Shown: positions 11,709-21,318 of the stretch, piece after piece
Position numbering within the stretch: position 1 is the first letter of the stretch
How the letters are laid out: each line of letters starts with the position of its first letter
NCBI GenBank assembly: GCA_963795085.1
Contig: CAWCFX010000001.1
Location: forward strand, 64,001-128,000
Direction: 5' to 3'
DNA from: an uncultured Gemmatimonadales bacterium
GTDB lineage: Bacteria > Gemmatimonadota > Gemmatimonadetes > Gemmatimonadales > GWC2-71-9
Length of the DNA: 64,000 bases
The notes under the pieces: generated by a model
What the model was told of the DNA's origin: nothing
The model's database searches: none
Seen by the model: only the letters and a program-made list of their open reading frames with translations
Made by a program: the position numbers and the translations under genes

Positions 11709-12047
11709 CTACCGCTCCAGCACCACCTGCAGCATCATCTCGTTGTCCATCTGGACCGAGCTGAACAGCGTCTCCGGCGCGTCCCCGGGGAGAATGGCCT
11801 CGGCCAGGCTGGGCGCGTCGGTCACCGGGTTGAACGCGAGCCAGAGGGTCATCCCCAGCAGAAACGCGATCGCTGCGGCAATGCCGGGCCGGGCCCAGCG
11901 CCCGAGTACCGCCCAGCTATCATCGTCGGCGGCGATCCGCACCATCACCGCGCGGACGAAGCCGGCGTGGTCACCCGGCGCTAACGTCTCCCGGAGCAAA
12001 TCCCCCAGCCGGGCGTCGCGCTCGTGCTCGAACGGATTGCCAGTCAT
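11709..12047 (-). CDS. Putative single-pass anti-sigma factor
   Basis: 112 aa, one TM helix, start overlaps the ECF sigma stop. Confidence 0.65.
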   Translation of the reverse strand: MTGNPFEHERDARLGDLLRETLAPGDHAGFVRAVMVRIAADDDSWAVLGRWARPGIAAAIAFLLGMTLWLAFNPVTDAPSLAEAILPGDAPETLFSSVQMDNEMMLQVVLER

Positions 12048-12586
12048 TCTTCGGCCTCCTTGAATTCGGCCAGGGCCCGGCGCAGTGCGCGGCGGGCGTG
12101 AAACACATCCGAACGGACGGTGCCTTCCGGGATCCCCAGCAGCTCCGCGATATCGGCATGGGGGTACCCTTCCGCGTCGAACAGGGTCACCGCCACCCGC
12201 TGCCGCTCGGGTAAGTCCGCCAGGGCGGCCGCCAGCCGGGCCCGGAGAATGCCGCGGTCGGTTTCCCGCTCTGGGGAGACCGTCGTCGAGGGAGCGCTCA
12301 CCGGGATCTCCTCGGTCGTCCGGACCCGCCGCTTGCGGCGGAAATCGGCTGCGGCATTCATCACGATCCGCATCAGCCAGGGCGCGAAGGGCCGGGCCTG
12401 ATCGAACTTGTCCAGGTTCCGCCAGGCGAGCAGGAATCCATCCTGGGAGGCATCGTCGGCGTCGGCTTCGTGCTGGAGAACGGTGCGAGCGAGGCGGCGC
12501 GCCGCGGCGGCATGTCGGTTCACCAACTCGCCAAAGGCCTCTCGGTCGCCCCGGGCGGCCCGCTGGGCGAGTTCGGTGTCGCTCAC
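12044..12586 (-). CDS. ECF (sigma-70 family) RNA polymerase sigma factor
   Basis: GDREAFGELV, DADDASQDGF, FAPWLMRI, LPERQRVAV, IAELLGIPEGTVRS. Confidence 0.95.
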   Translation of the reverse strand: MSDTELAQRAARGDREAFGELVNRHAAAARRLARTVLQHEADADDASQDGFLLAWRNLDKFDQARPFAPWLMRIVMNAAADFRRKRRVRTTEEIPVSAPSTTVSPERETDRGILRARLAAALADLPERQRVAVTLFDAEGYPHADIAELLGIPEGTVRSDVFHARRALRRALAEFKEAEE

Positions 12587-12735
12587 GTGGGGTTTACGCG
12601 AGGTGAGGAAGAATCGTTGAGCGGCGGAGTGGACATGACACTAAGAACAATAGCGGGGTGGGCGGGAGGACGGAAATGCTTACATCCCAATCAATTAGGG
12701 AGCACCGCTCGGGGATTGCCCACCTGCCGTGCGAT

Positions 12736-14181
12736 CTACCCGCTCCGCCTCCGCAGCGCCTCGCGGGTCGCCGCCACCGCCAGCCACACGCACAACGCGC
12801 CGAAAGCGTAGGCCGCGGTTTTGGGGAGTAGAATGAAAAAGCCCGCGAGCACCACCAGCGCCAGCGCCACCGGCCCGTAAATGGACCGGCGCGCCCCGGT
12901 GACCACGGTCCACAGCGCCACCACCGCGCGGCGGCGGCCTTCCCGGCGGCTCCGCTGGTGCTCGACAGGATGTTCGTCCGGCCGCTGGCGGGCGAGAGTG
13001 GACGGCAGCACCCGCTGAAATCGCTCCGGGGCGCGCACTTTGCCACGCACGATCTCCGCGCTCCTGGCGATGTCCTTCCGGAACTGGTCCTCCATCTGCT
13101 GCGCCAGGTCCCGGTCTTCGATCAGCACGTCCAGTTCGTAATTGCCGAGCAGGCTGGAGGCATTGAGGTTACTGGTGCCGATCCGGGTCCAGCAGGTGTC
13201 GGCCACGATGGTCTTGGCATGCAGCATGGGGCCTTCCCATTCAAAGATCCGGATCCCGGAGCGGAGCAGGTCGCGGTAGCCGATCCGGGTAAAGTTCCGG
13301 ACCAGCGCGACGTCGCTCGACCCCGGCACCAGCATCCGGATGTCCACCCCGTCCCGGGCCGCGTCCACGAAGGCCTGGAAGAGGCGCGGCGGCGGCACCA
13401 TGTAGGCGTCGGTGATCCACAGGCGCCGGACGGTGCTCGCCGCGAGCATCTCCAGCACCTTGTAGGTCCGCTCCCGCCCCGGCTTTCCTATGATCGTGCG
13501 GACCGACGCGTCGCCGCAGGACGGCACCTCGCCTACCGCTTCACTCTCCGCGATGGGCGGCCCGCAGGAGGCCCAGATGCTCTCGAAAGCCCGATCGAGG
13601 GACACTGCCGCGGGTCCCCGGACCTCGATCGCGGTGTCCCGCCACGGCAGGATGCCCCTGGCGGAATCCCCCACCCATTCGTCGCCGATGCAGAGGCCGC
13701 CGGTGACGGCGCGAGCGCTGTCTCCCACCACCAGCTTGCGGTGATTGCGGGAGAGGTTATCGAAAGCGTCCAGCAGCTTGGGCGGCTTGAACGCCCGGAC
13801 TTCCACCCCCGCAGACCGGAGAAAGCGCCAGAGCTTGCCCCTGGTGGCCATGCTGCCGAGCCAGTCATAGAGGACCCGCACGGTGACGCCTTCGCGGGCC
13901 CGGGTGGCGAGCGCTTCGGCGAACCGCCATCCGGTTGCATCGCTGCGAAAGATGTAGTTCTCGAAATGAATGCGGCGGCGGGCGGTCGCGATGATATCCA
14001 GCATGGCCGCGTAGCATTCCGGGCCATCGATCAGGAGCCGGACGTCGTTTCCGGGGATGGGGCGGTGGCCGGCGGCGCGGTCGATCGCCTTGTCGAGCGA
14101 GCCGGACATGGCCCGCTCCAACTGGCTGGAAGAACTGGGCTGGGCGGTCACGGTCGGTAGGTTCCCCTGGTTTGGCGCCAC
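12736..14181 (-). CDS. Cardiolipin synthase (phospholipase D family, ClsB-like) with C-terminal TM helices
   Basis: Two HKD motifs (HRKLVVGD, HAKTIVAD); GNDVRLLIDG; true start may be slightly downstream. Confidence 0.88.
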   Translation of the reverse strand: MAPNQGNLPTVTAQPSSSSQLERAMSGSLDKAIDRAAGHRPIPGNDVRLLIDGPECYAAMLDIIATARRRIHFENYIFRSDATGWRFAEALATRAREGVTVRVLYDWLGSMATRGKLWRFLRSAGVEVRAFKPPKLLDAFDNLSRNHRKLVVGDSARAVTGGLCIGDEWVGDSARGILPWRDTAIEVRGPAAVSLDRAFESIWASCGPPIAESEAVGEVPSCGDASVRTIIGKPGRERTYKVLEMLAASTVRRLWITDAYMVPPPRLFQAFVDAARDGVDIRMLVPGSSDVALVRNFTRIGYRDLLRSGIRIFEWEGPMLHAKTIVADTCWTRIGTSNLNASSLLGNYELDVLIEDRDLAQQMEDQFRKDIARSAEIVRGKVRAPERFQRVLPSTLARQRPDEHPVEHQRSRREGRRRAVVALWTVVTGARRSIYGPVALALVVLAGFFILLPKTAAYAFGALCVWLAVAATREALRRRSG

Positions 14182-14206
14182 CGAGCCCGGCTACACCCGG
14201 AGGAGA

Positions 14207-14797
14207 TTACGGCTGGCTGCCGGCGCCGAGGCCGAGACGGTCTTCGTGGGGCCGGAGGGCACTGAGCACGAAGGCGATATGATCATCGAGGGAAACCCCT
14301 ATTTCCGCCGCGCCCTGGATCACATCGTCCCGGTTTACTCCGCGGGCAAATCCCTTGTCCTTGAGTTTCTTGCGGACGCTTTTCACTTCGAGGTCGGCCA
14401 GGCTCCGGGAGGGACGGACCAGCGCGCAGGCCACCAGGAACCCCGAGAGTTCGTCCACCGCAAAGAGGGATCGCGCGAGCGGGGTCTCCCGGGGAACTCC
14501 GGTGTAGGCGGCATGGCCCAGGATGGCCCGCTGCCACTCCTCCGGGAAGCCCTCGGCGGCGAGAATTCGCACCCCTTCGGCCGGATGCTCGTCCACCGGG
14601 CTGTGGGCGTCGTTGGGGAACCGCTCGTAGTCGAAGTCATGCAGCAGGCCGACGATGCCCCATGCCTCAGGGTCGGCGCCCTCTCCGATCGCCATCGCCC
14701 GCATGGCGATCTCCACGGCGTACATGTGCCTGCGGAGCGCCTCGGACGCCGTGTACTCGTGCATGATGGCGAGGGCGCGGTCCCGGTTCCATGTCAT
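14207..14797 (-). CDS. HD-domain phosphohydrolase
   Basis: LRRHM, GLLHDFDYE, AILGH, AVDELSG; start set at MTWNRD (14797) because the upstream extension is translated repeat. Confidence 0.88.
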   Translation of the reverse strand: MTWNRDRALAIMHEYTASEALRRHMYAVEIAMRAMAIGEGADPEAWGIVGLLHDFDYERFPNDAHSPVDEHPAEGVRILAAEGFPEEWQRAILGHAAYTGVPRETPLARSLFAVDELSGFLVACALVRPSRSLADLEVKSVRKKLKDKGFARGVNRDDVIQGAAEIGVSLDDHIAFVLSALRPHEDRLGLGAGSQP

Positions 14798-14829
14798 GTG
14801 TGTCGGTGTCCCCATTGCTCGGTCCAGTC

Positions 14830-14940
14830 CTGTCCACTGTCCCACTGTCCGACTGTCCCACTGTCCGACTGTCCGACTGTCCGACGGTCCCACCGTCCCA
14901 CTGTCCCACTGTCCCACTGTCCCACTGTCCCACTGTCCCA
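14830..14940. repeat. Tandem 8-bp repeat array CTGTCC(C/G)A, 13 units
   Basis: 13 units at 14837-14940 (two with a substitution) plus a 7-nt partial unit at 14830. Confidence 0.97.
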
Positions 14941-14964
14941 CTCCCTTACCCTCTTACCCCCTTG

Positions 14965-15387
14965 TCAATTGGGCGGCCCGCCGAACACCTGCCCCTTGTC
15001 CACCTGGGCCGCGGTCAGCGGGACCCGGGCGCCGGGGGTGCCGTCGAGGCTGATCTCGAAGGCATACTGCCCTGGCCGGGGCAGCGGGATGTCGAAGACC
15101 AGCACCGCTCCGGCTTCCAGCTCGGTGACGCCGGCCACCGGCTCGCCGAACTGCACGGTGCCTTCCCCGCCCATCAACTCCTGCCCGTCGCCGTCGGTGA
15201 ACTTGATGCGGATCGAGTGGGTGCCGATCTCGGTGCGCCGGCCCCGTACCCGCAGCACCAGGTGGGTGCGGGCGTTAACCGTGGGGAACGCGGTGACCCA
15301 GACATGCTGGAAAATCCCGATGATCGAGAGCTTGCCCTGCTGGTCAATGAGGGCGTAATCGGCGAGAACCGCGAAGTCGAGATGCAA
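14965..15387 (-). CDS. Conserved hypothetical protein (DUF6941-like)
   Basis: LADYA..DQQGKLSIIGIF N-terminal motif and PGQY.FEI C-terminal motif; TTG start adjacent to the upstream stop. Confidence 0.7.
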   Translation of the reverse strand: MHLDFAVLADYALIDQQGKLSIIGIFQHVWVTAFPTVNARTHLVLRVRGRRTEIGTHSIRIKFTDGDGQELMGGEGTVQFGEPVAGVTELEAGAVLVFDIPLPRPGQYAFEISLDGTPGARVPLTAAQVDKGQVFGGPPN

Positions 15388-15834
15388 TCAGGCGACCCGG
15401 ATGGAGGTGATGACATCGTTCTGCTTGATCGCTTTGACCACGTCCATGCCGTCCTTCACCTGGCCGAACACCGTGTGCACCCGGTCGAGGTGCGACTGGG
15501 GGGCATGACAGATGAAGAATTGGCTGCCGCCAGTGTCCTTGCCGGCGTGGGCCATGGAGAGAGTTCCCGCGACGTGCTTGTGGGTATTGCGGCTGGTTTC
15601 GCACTTGATCTTGTAGCCGGGGCCCCCGGTCCCCACCCGGGGATTGTTGGGGTCGCGGGAGAGCGGGTCGCCGCCCTGGATCATGAAATTGGAGATGACC
15701 CGGTGAAAGCGGGTGCCATCGTAGAACTCGCTGTTTGCCAGCTTTTCGAAGTTGGCGACGGTGTCGGGGGCTTCTTCGTCGAACAGCTCGGCCGTGACGG
15801 TGCCACGGGAGGTCTCTATGGTAGCGGTCTTCAT
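15388..15834 (-). CDS. Cyclophilin-type peptidyl-prolyl cis-trans isomerase
   Basis: [39 protein letters not shown]. Confidence 0.97.
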   Translation of the reverse strand: MKTATIETSRGTVTAELFDEEAPDTVANFEKLANSEFYDGTRFHRVISNFMIQGGDPLSRDPNNPRVGTGGPGYKIKCETSRNTHKHVAGTLSMAHAGKDTGGSQFFICHAPQSHLDRVHTVFGQVKDGMDVVKAIKQNDVITSIRVA

Positions 15835-15946
15835 CGAATCGCTCGTGGTGAAAGGTGGCGGAGTTGCTGCAAAGTAGCGGGGCCGGGGGCCGGCCGGGCA
15901 GGGGGACGCGCGGTCCGGGCTCGCGGCGGGAGACCGTGCCGACTCA

Positions 15947-18010
15947 TCAGCGGGGGCGCAGGCTCCGCAGCAGCTCTTCCCAGGCGCGATCGGTTTCCAC
16001 GGGCCGGTGACAGCTGGCGCCGGTGCAGGCGTAGGCGGCCACCGCGGGACCTCCCTCCAGCAGGGCGGCCAGGCTGGGCGGCAGCCGGGCCGGATCCACC
16101 GTCTTTGGGGTCAGCCGTTGCACTACCTTGCGGGGAAGGAAGGTAGCGAGGGCCCGGCGGTGCATCCGGTCCGCCTCGATGTTACCCTCGGAACCTGCAA
16201 TCACCAGGTGGGTGGCCGGATGCAGTTGCCAGTCCACGCCCAGCAGGAAGGTTGCGCCATGGAGGGAGAGCTCGGATGCCTTACCGGCGAAGGCCCGGAC
16301 GAGCGCGTCACGGCGTTCCCGCCAGCGCGGATCCATGGTGAGTTCGAAGAGTCGCGACAGGACCACCGCGGCAACGCCATTCGGCGATGGCGTGGGAGCG
16401 TCCTGCACCGGCTTGGCCGGCACCGGCAGCATCCCCGCCTGGTTCGGCGACGGCACCGCGTCGAAGAGCCCGCCCGAGCCGGGGTCCCAGTAGTCGCGCC
16501 ATACCCGCTCCATGATGGAATGGCTCCAGGAAAGCCATCCCTCCAGGCCGGTGGCCTCATGGGCATCCAGGGCCGCGGCGGCCGTATTCACCTGGTCTTC
16601 CAGCAATCCGGTGATTCCGCCCGGGGCATGAGCCAGGGCATCCGGCTCCGGATTCTCACGCCGGATCCGCTCCAGCGTCCGCAGGGCGTGGTCGCGGGCC
16701 CCGGGGTCCTCCAGCACGGTTCCCGCCCGGAGCATCGCGCCGGCCATCATGGCGTTCCAGTTGGTGTACCGGGTGCGGTCAATGAACGGAGTCGGCCGTG
16801 CGGCGCGGGCGACCCGGAGTTTCTGCCGGGCGGCGTCCAGCAGGCGGCCGGCCGTGTCCAGCGGATGCTGCAACTGGGCAGCGACCGTCTCCAGCGGCAG
16901 CGCAATGAACAGCACGTTCTTGCCGGGGTTGTGGTGCATCTCGCCGGCGGTGCCTATGTCGTAGTACGCGGCGGCGACCTCCAGCTCCTCGGCGCTCAGG
17001 ACAGCTTCCGCCTCCTGGTAGGTCCAGGTGAAGTAGTCTCCATCGTCGTCCAGGCCGACATCGGCGTCCTGGCTGGCCGCATACCCGCCCTCCGGGTCCG
17101 CCAGGACTTCCCCGACCCAGCGCACCGTGTCGGCCGCCGCGGCGCGGTACTCATCCCTCCCGAATACCGAAAACGCATCGAGGTAGGCCCGGAGCAGCTC
17201 CGAGTTGTCGTAGGACATTTTCTCGAAGTGGGGAACCATCCAGCGGGCATCGGTGCTGTAGCGGTGGAACCCCCCGCCCAGCTGATCATGGATGCCGCCC
17301 CGGGCCATCGCCAGCAGCTTGACCTCGATCATATCCCGTACGACCGGCTCGGGATGGTCCCACCAGCGATGCAGCAGGAGCCCGATGGCAGCCGGATGGG
17401 GAAACTTGGGAGCCGAGCCGAATCCGCCGTGGGTGAAGTCGAAGACCCGCTCCATCGCCCGCACCGCGCCGGCCAGCAGGGCCGCGCTGGCCTCGCCCGG
17501 GCCCGATTCATCCAGGGACTCGGCGATCAGGTCCCGGATCGCGGCGGCCTGGGTGGTGACCTGGGTCCGCTGCTCCCGGTAGACCCGCAGCACCTGCTCC
17601 AGGACCGAGCGAAATCCGGGGCGCCCGAACTTGCCGTCCGGAGGAAAGTAGGTGCCGCCGTAGAACGTCTCGCCCGCCGGCGTCAGGAACGCGGTGAGTG
17701 GCCAGCCACCCTGCCCGGTGAACGATTGCACCGCGCGCTGGTACCGGGCATCCACGTCGGGTCGCTCGTCCCGGTCCACTTTCACGCAGACAAAATTCTC
17801 GTTCAGAAACTCGGCCAGCGCCGGGTCTTCATACGACTCGCCGTCCATCACGTGGCACCAGTGGCACCAGACCGCACCGATGTCCAGGAGAATGGGGCGG
17901 TCGCCCGATGCCGCGGCGGCAAACGCGTCGTCACTCCACGAGTACCAGTGCACCGGCTGGTGGGCGGCCGACTTGAGATAGGCAGAGGTGGCGGAGTCGA
18001 GGTGGTTCAT
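15947..18010 (-). CDS. Thioredoxin-domain protein, YyaL/SSP411 (DUF255) family
   Basis: [37 protein letters not shown]. Confidence 0.93.
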   Translation of the reverse strand: MNHLDSATSAYLKSAAHQPVHWYSWSDDAFAAAASGDRPILLDIGAVWCHWCHVMDGESYEDPALAEFLNENFVCVKVDRDERPDVDARYQRAVQSFTGQGGWPLTAFLTPAGETFYGGTYFPPDGKFGRPGFRSVLEQVLRVYREQRTQVTTQAAAIRDLIAESLDESGPGEASAALLAGAVRAMERVFDFTHGGFGSAPKFPHPAAIGLLLHRWWDHPEPVVRDMIEVKLLAMARGGIHDQLGGGFHRYSTDARWMVPHFEKMSYDNSELLRAYLDAFSVFGRDEYRAAAADTVRWVGEVLADPEGGYAASQDADVGLDDDGDYFTWTYQEAEAVLSAEELEVAAAYYDIGTAGEMHHNPGKNVLFIALPLETVAAQLQHPLDTAGRLLDAARQKLRVARAARPTPFIDRTRYTNWNAMMAGAMLRAGTVLEDPGARDHALRTLERIRRENPEPDALAHAPGGITGLLEDQVNTAAAALDAHEATGLEGWLSWSHSIMERVWRDYWDPGSGGLFDAVPSPNQAGMLPVPAKPVQDAPTPSPNGVAAVVLSRLFELTMDPRWRERRDALVRAFAGKASELSLHGATFLLGVDWQLHPATHLVIAGSEGNIEADRMHRRALATFLPRKVVQRLTPKTVDPARLPPSLAALLEGGPAVAAYACTGASCHRPVETDRAWEELLRSLRPR

Positions 18011-18094
18011 TGGGTCAATCTACGGTGGTGAAGCCTTGAACGGTGTGATTGAAGCCACTAGCGGCAACACCGGCATCCGATGCTCAAACATTCA

Positions 18095-18183
18095 TCATGA
18101 AGGCACGAAAGAGAATCGACGAAGTCCTGGGTGCGGAGGCCGAGCAATGTTTCAGCCTTTTTTATGTTTTCGTGCTTTCGTGA
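18095..18183. repeat. REP-like imperfect inverted repeat (GCACGAAA / TTTCGTGC), overlapping the 3' end of nth
   Basis: tcatgaaggcacgaaa (18095-18110) pairs with tttcgtgctttcgtga (18168-18183). Confidence 0.7.
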
Positions 18184-18883
18184 CGGCCTTTTTTTCAAAC
18201 TTCCCGGATGCCCACGTTTCACCGGACGGACATATATCCACCAGCACGCACCGGTCATGCTGGGGGCGCCGCGCGATACACACCTGGCGCCCGTGCTCGA
18301 TCAGCAGATGGGAGACCAGGGTCCAGTCCTCCCGCGGAATCACCGCCATCAGGTCCTGCTCGATCTTTTCCGCGTCGGTGTGCGGGGTGAGGCCCAGCAG
18401 CCCGCTGAGGCGGGTCACATGGGTGTCCACCGTGATCCCCTCGTTCATGCCGAAGGCATTTCCCAGGACCACGTTGGCAGTCTTGCGGCCGACGCCGGGC
18501 AGGGCGCGCAGCTCTTCCATGCTCCGCGGGAGTTCGCCGCCGTGCCTGGCCACGACTGCCTGGGCCATGCCGATGAGGCTCTTCGCCTTGTTGCGGAAGA
18601 ACCCGGTGGAGCGGATCAGCTCCTCCAGTGCCGGCGTTTCGGCCCGGGCCAGCTCATAGACGGATGGGTAACGGGTAAAGAGCGCGGGGGTGACCATGTT
18701 CACCCGGACATCGGTGCATTGCGCCGACAGGATGGTGGCGACGAGCAGCTGGTAGGGCGACTGGTGGACCAGCGCGCAGTGGGCGTCCGGGTATTCCGCC
18801 TTGAGCCGGCGCAGCACTTCGAGCGGCGGGGCCCCCGCCGGACGGCGCTTCCGGCGCGGCTTGCTCGCGCGCGCTGGAGTCAC
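18152..18883 (-). CDS. nth: Endonuclease III
   Basis: ILSAQCTD, HhH LPGVGRKTANVV, VDTHV, Cys-containing C-terminus; GTG 18883 overlaps the polX stop. Confidence 0.95.
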   Translation of the reverse strand: MTPARASKPRRKRRPAGAPPLEVLRRLKAEYPDAHCALVHQSPYQLLVATILSAQCTDVRVNMVTPALFTRYPSVYELARAETPALEELIRSTGFFRNKAKSLIGMAQAVVARHGGELPRSMEELRALPGVGRKTANVVLGNAFGMNEGITVDTHVTRLSGLLGLTPHTDAEKIEQDLMAVIPREDWTLVSHLLIEHGRQVCIARRPQHDRCVLVDICPSGETWASGKFEKKAVTKARKHKKG

Positions 18884-20625
18884 CGGCCGGCGACCCGGGC
18901 TTCCTGCCCGGCATGGCCGCCGACCCGGGCAAGGAATGCCCCGAGGGGGAGTGCGTTCAGCACGTGCTGCGGGGTGAGCCACCCTTTCCGCGCGATGCCG
19001 ATGCCGTTGTCCACATGGCGTAAGGTGGGAATGCTGTGGGCATCGGCGCCGATGGAGATCATGATGCCGCGGTCTCCGGCCTTCCTCAGGATTCGCCAGT
19101 CGAGGTCCAGCCGGTGAGGATCCGCGTTCAACTCCATCGCGATTCCCTTCTCAGCGGCCTTCTCCATGACGGCATCGAGGTCGATCGGGTACGGGTTCCG
19201 GGCCAGCAGCAGCCGTCCGGTCGGGTGGCCGATGATCGACACGAAGGGGTTGTCCATCGCGGCAAGCATCCGGCGGGTCATCTCCGCCTCGTTCATGTTG
19301 AAGCGGCTGTGGATCGAGGCGATGACAAAATCCAGCTTGCTCAGCACGGCTTCGTCGTAATCCACCCGGCCATCGGCCAGGATGTCGGCCTCGATGCCTT
19401 TCAGCACCCGGATGCCGGCCAGCCGCCCGTTGACCTCGTCGATCTCGTCACCCTGCCGGGCAAGATCATCGGCGGAGAGACCCCCGGCATAGGCGGCGCT
19501 CATGCTGTGATCGGTGATGCCCACGTAGCTGTACCCCGCCGCCTGGCAGGCCAGCGCCAGTTGCTCCACGGTCGAGGTGCCGTCGGAATAGTTCGTGTGA
19601 CAGTGCAGAAGCCCGTGCAGGTCTTCGCGCTGCACCAGCCGGGGCAGCGCGTTCCGCGCAGCGGCTTCGACCTCGCCGGCACCTTCCCGCAATTCGGGCG
19701 GCACCGAAGCCAGGCCCAGCTGGCGGTAGAAGGCGTCCTCGTCGGCGGTCGGGACGAAGGTGCTGCCTTTCCAGAGCGCTGCCCCGTCAAGGGCATGCCC
19801 GGTCTCCCGGGCCCGGGCCGCGAGCTGCTCCAGGTGGGACTCGCTGCCGGTGGCCTGCACCAGGACGGCCCCGGCGTTGACAGCCGTGGTGACCACGATC
19901 TGGGCGGCCGACCCGCCGGCAAAACGCAGGGTGACCCGCCGCTCATCCTGCCCGGAGAACTCGTTGACACCCGGCAGGGTGCGCAGCCGTTTGAAGATCT
20001 CCTCCGGCGGCACCGATGCGACGAGCACGAGGACGATGTCCCGCACCAGTTCGCAGCGCCGGCGCACCTCTCCCGCGACGACGACCTGGAGGACGCCAGG
20101 GATCCTTTCCAGGTCCTGGCGAAAGGCGTTGGCCTCTTCGTCGGCGTGGTGGGCCAGCCGGAACCCGCTGGTCTGCCTCAGGAACGCGATGCTCTTGAGC
20201 AGGTTCTCGGCGGTCTTGGGACCAAACCGGGGGAGGCCGGACAGCCGTCCATCCCGGGCCGCCGCTTCGAGCTCGGGGATCGAATCGATGCCGAGCGTAT
20301 CGTGGATCTGGCGAATCTTGGCGACGCCGAGGCCGGAAATGGAAAGCATCTCGACCAGGCCCGCCGGAATCTGCTCCCGTAATTCTTCCAGAAGCGAGGA
20401 CCGTCCGGTCCGGGCCAGCTCGCTCACGATCTGCAGGGTGGCGGGCCCGATGCCTCGGGCCGCCGCCAGGGATCCGTCTTCGAGGGCGGGCTCCAGTTCC
20501 CCGGGAAGGCTTCGTAACACTCGCGCGGCGGTGACAAAGGCCCGCACCCGGAAGGCGTTCTCGCCCTTCAGTTCCATGAAGGACGCGATCTGCTCCAGGG
20601 TGTAGGCCGCGGTGCGTTTGTCCAT
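18880..20625 (-). CDS. polX: PolX-PHP family protein with degenerate polymerase site and intact PHP nuclease domain
   Basis: GENAFRVRAF N-terminus and HhH motifs; GEVRR...DIV replaces GSxRR...DxD; PHP motifs HCHTNYSDG, ITDH, GIE, IHS, HPTGR, DAH. Confidence 0.92.
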   Translation of the reverse strand: MDKRTAAYTLEQIASFMELKGENAFRVRAFVTAARVLRSLPGELEPALEDGSLAAARGIGPATLQIVSELARTGRSSLLEELREQIPAGLVEMLSISGLGVAKIRQIHDTLGIDSIPELEAAARDGRLSGLPRFGPKTAENLLKSIAFLRQTSGFRLAHHADEEANAFRQDLERIPGVLQVVVAGEVRRRCELVRDIVLVLVASVPPEEIFKRLRTLPGVNEFSGQDERRVTLRFAGGSAAQIVVTTAVNAGAVLVQATGSESHLEQLAARARETGHALDGAALWKGSTFVPTADEDAFYRQLGLASVPPELREGAGEVEAAARNALPRLVQREDLHGLLHCHTNYSDGTSTVEQLALACQAAGYSYVGITDHSMSAAYAGGLSADDLARQGDEIDEVNGRLAGIRVLKGIEADILADGRVDYDEAVLSKLDFVIASIHSRFNMNEAEMTRRMLAAMDNPFVSIIGHPTGRLLLARNPYPIDLDAVMEKAAEKGIAMELNADPHRLDLDWRILRKAGDRGIMISIGADAHSIPTLRHVDNGIGIARKGWLTPQHVLNALPLGAFLARVGGHAGQEARVAGR

Positions 20626-21284
20626 CAGGCTGCCCGTTCCGGCTGCCGGGCCACGTCCGAGGCGCGGGCGCCCAGCTCGACCAGCTCGGCCGCCCCGTCC
20701 ACCGAGTAGAGGTTGGCGGCCGCCCCGCCGGGAAGCAACGGCGCGAACAAGTGGGTGCCATCGGGACGGGTGGCCTGGCCCAACCGGGGACCGCTCACCT
20801 CGGCGACGCTGAACCCCACCCGGTCGGGGTGCAGACCGAAGATGCCGAGCACCCGGTACTCCTCTCCGACGGGCGTGACGAACACGCCGTCCAGCGGTTC
20901 ATGGGGCGCGCCTTCGTTGATCTGGGCCCACAGGGTTCGTTCCGGGAACTGGATGTAGGTGGTCGGGAAGTGGCCATTGCCCTTGCCGCTCCGGGACAGC
21001 AACTCCTCGGTTTGCTCCTGGGAGAGCTGCACGACCCGTTGGCCGTCGTTCCAGAAGAGGTAGGCGTTGTGCAGCAGGGCGACGTGCTGGTCCACCGCCT
21101 CGCCAACGCCTTCATCGGGGACGATATCCCGGAGCACCTGCACCACGTGGCGGTCGAGCAGAAAGGCATCGCGGTTGGCGGGATCCACCGAGGCGTTTTC
21201 CAGCGAACTCCTGATCTCCGGGAATCGCTCCCGGGCGATTCCCTCGAAAACCAGGTGGAACGGAGAAGGGCGTGGTGCAGTCAT
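20625..21284 (-). CDS. Hypothetical protein, translationally coupled to polX
   Basis: 219-aa ORF with protein-like composition; TGA overlaps the polX ATG; -10 box TACTTT 6 nt upstream of its ATG. Confidence 0.8.
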   Translation of the reverse strand: MTAPRPSPFHLVFEGIARERFPEIRSSLENASVDPANRDAFLLDRHVVQVLRDIVPDEGVGEAVDQHVALLHNAYLFWNDGQRVVQLSQEQTEELLSRSGKGNGHFPTTYIQFPERTLWAQINEGAPHEPLDGVFVTPVGEEYRVLGIFGLHPDRVGFSVAEVSGPRLGQATRPDGTHLFAPLLPGGAAANLYSVDGAAELVELGARASDVARQPERAA

Positions 21285-21318
21285 TCAGGTAAAGTAATGC
21301 CGCCGGGGGGCGGCGTGA

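Noticed and set aside
14798..14941. GQWDSGTV-repeat N-terminal extension of the HD protein
   Set aside because: Produced by the octamer array; the family-like sequence begins at MTWNRD (14797).
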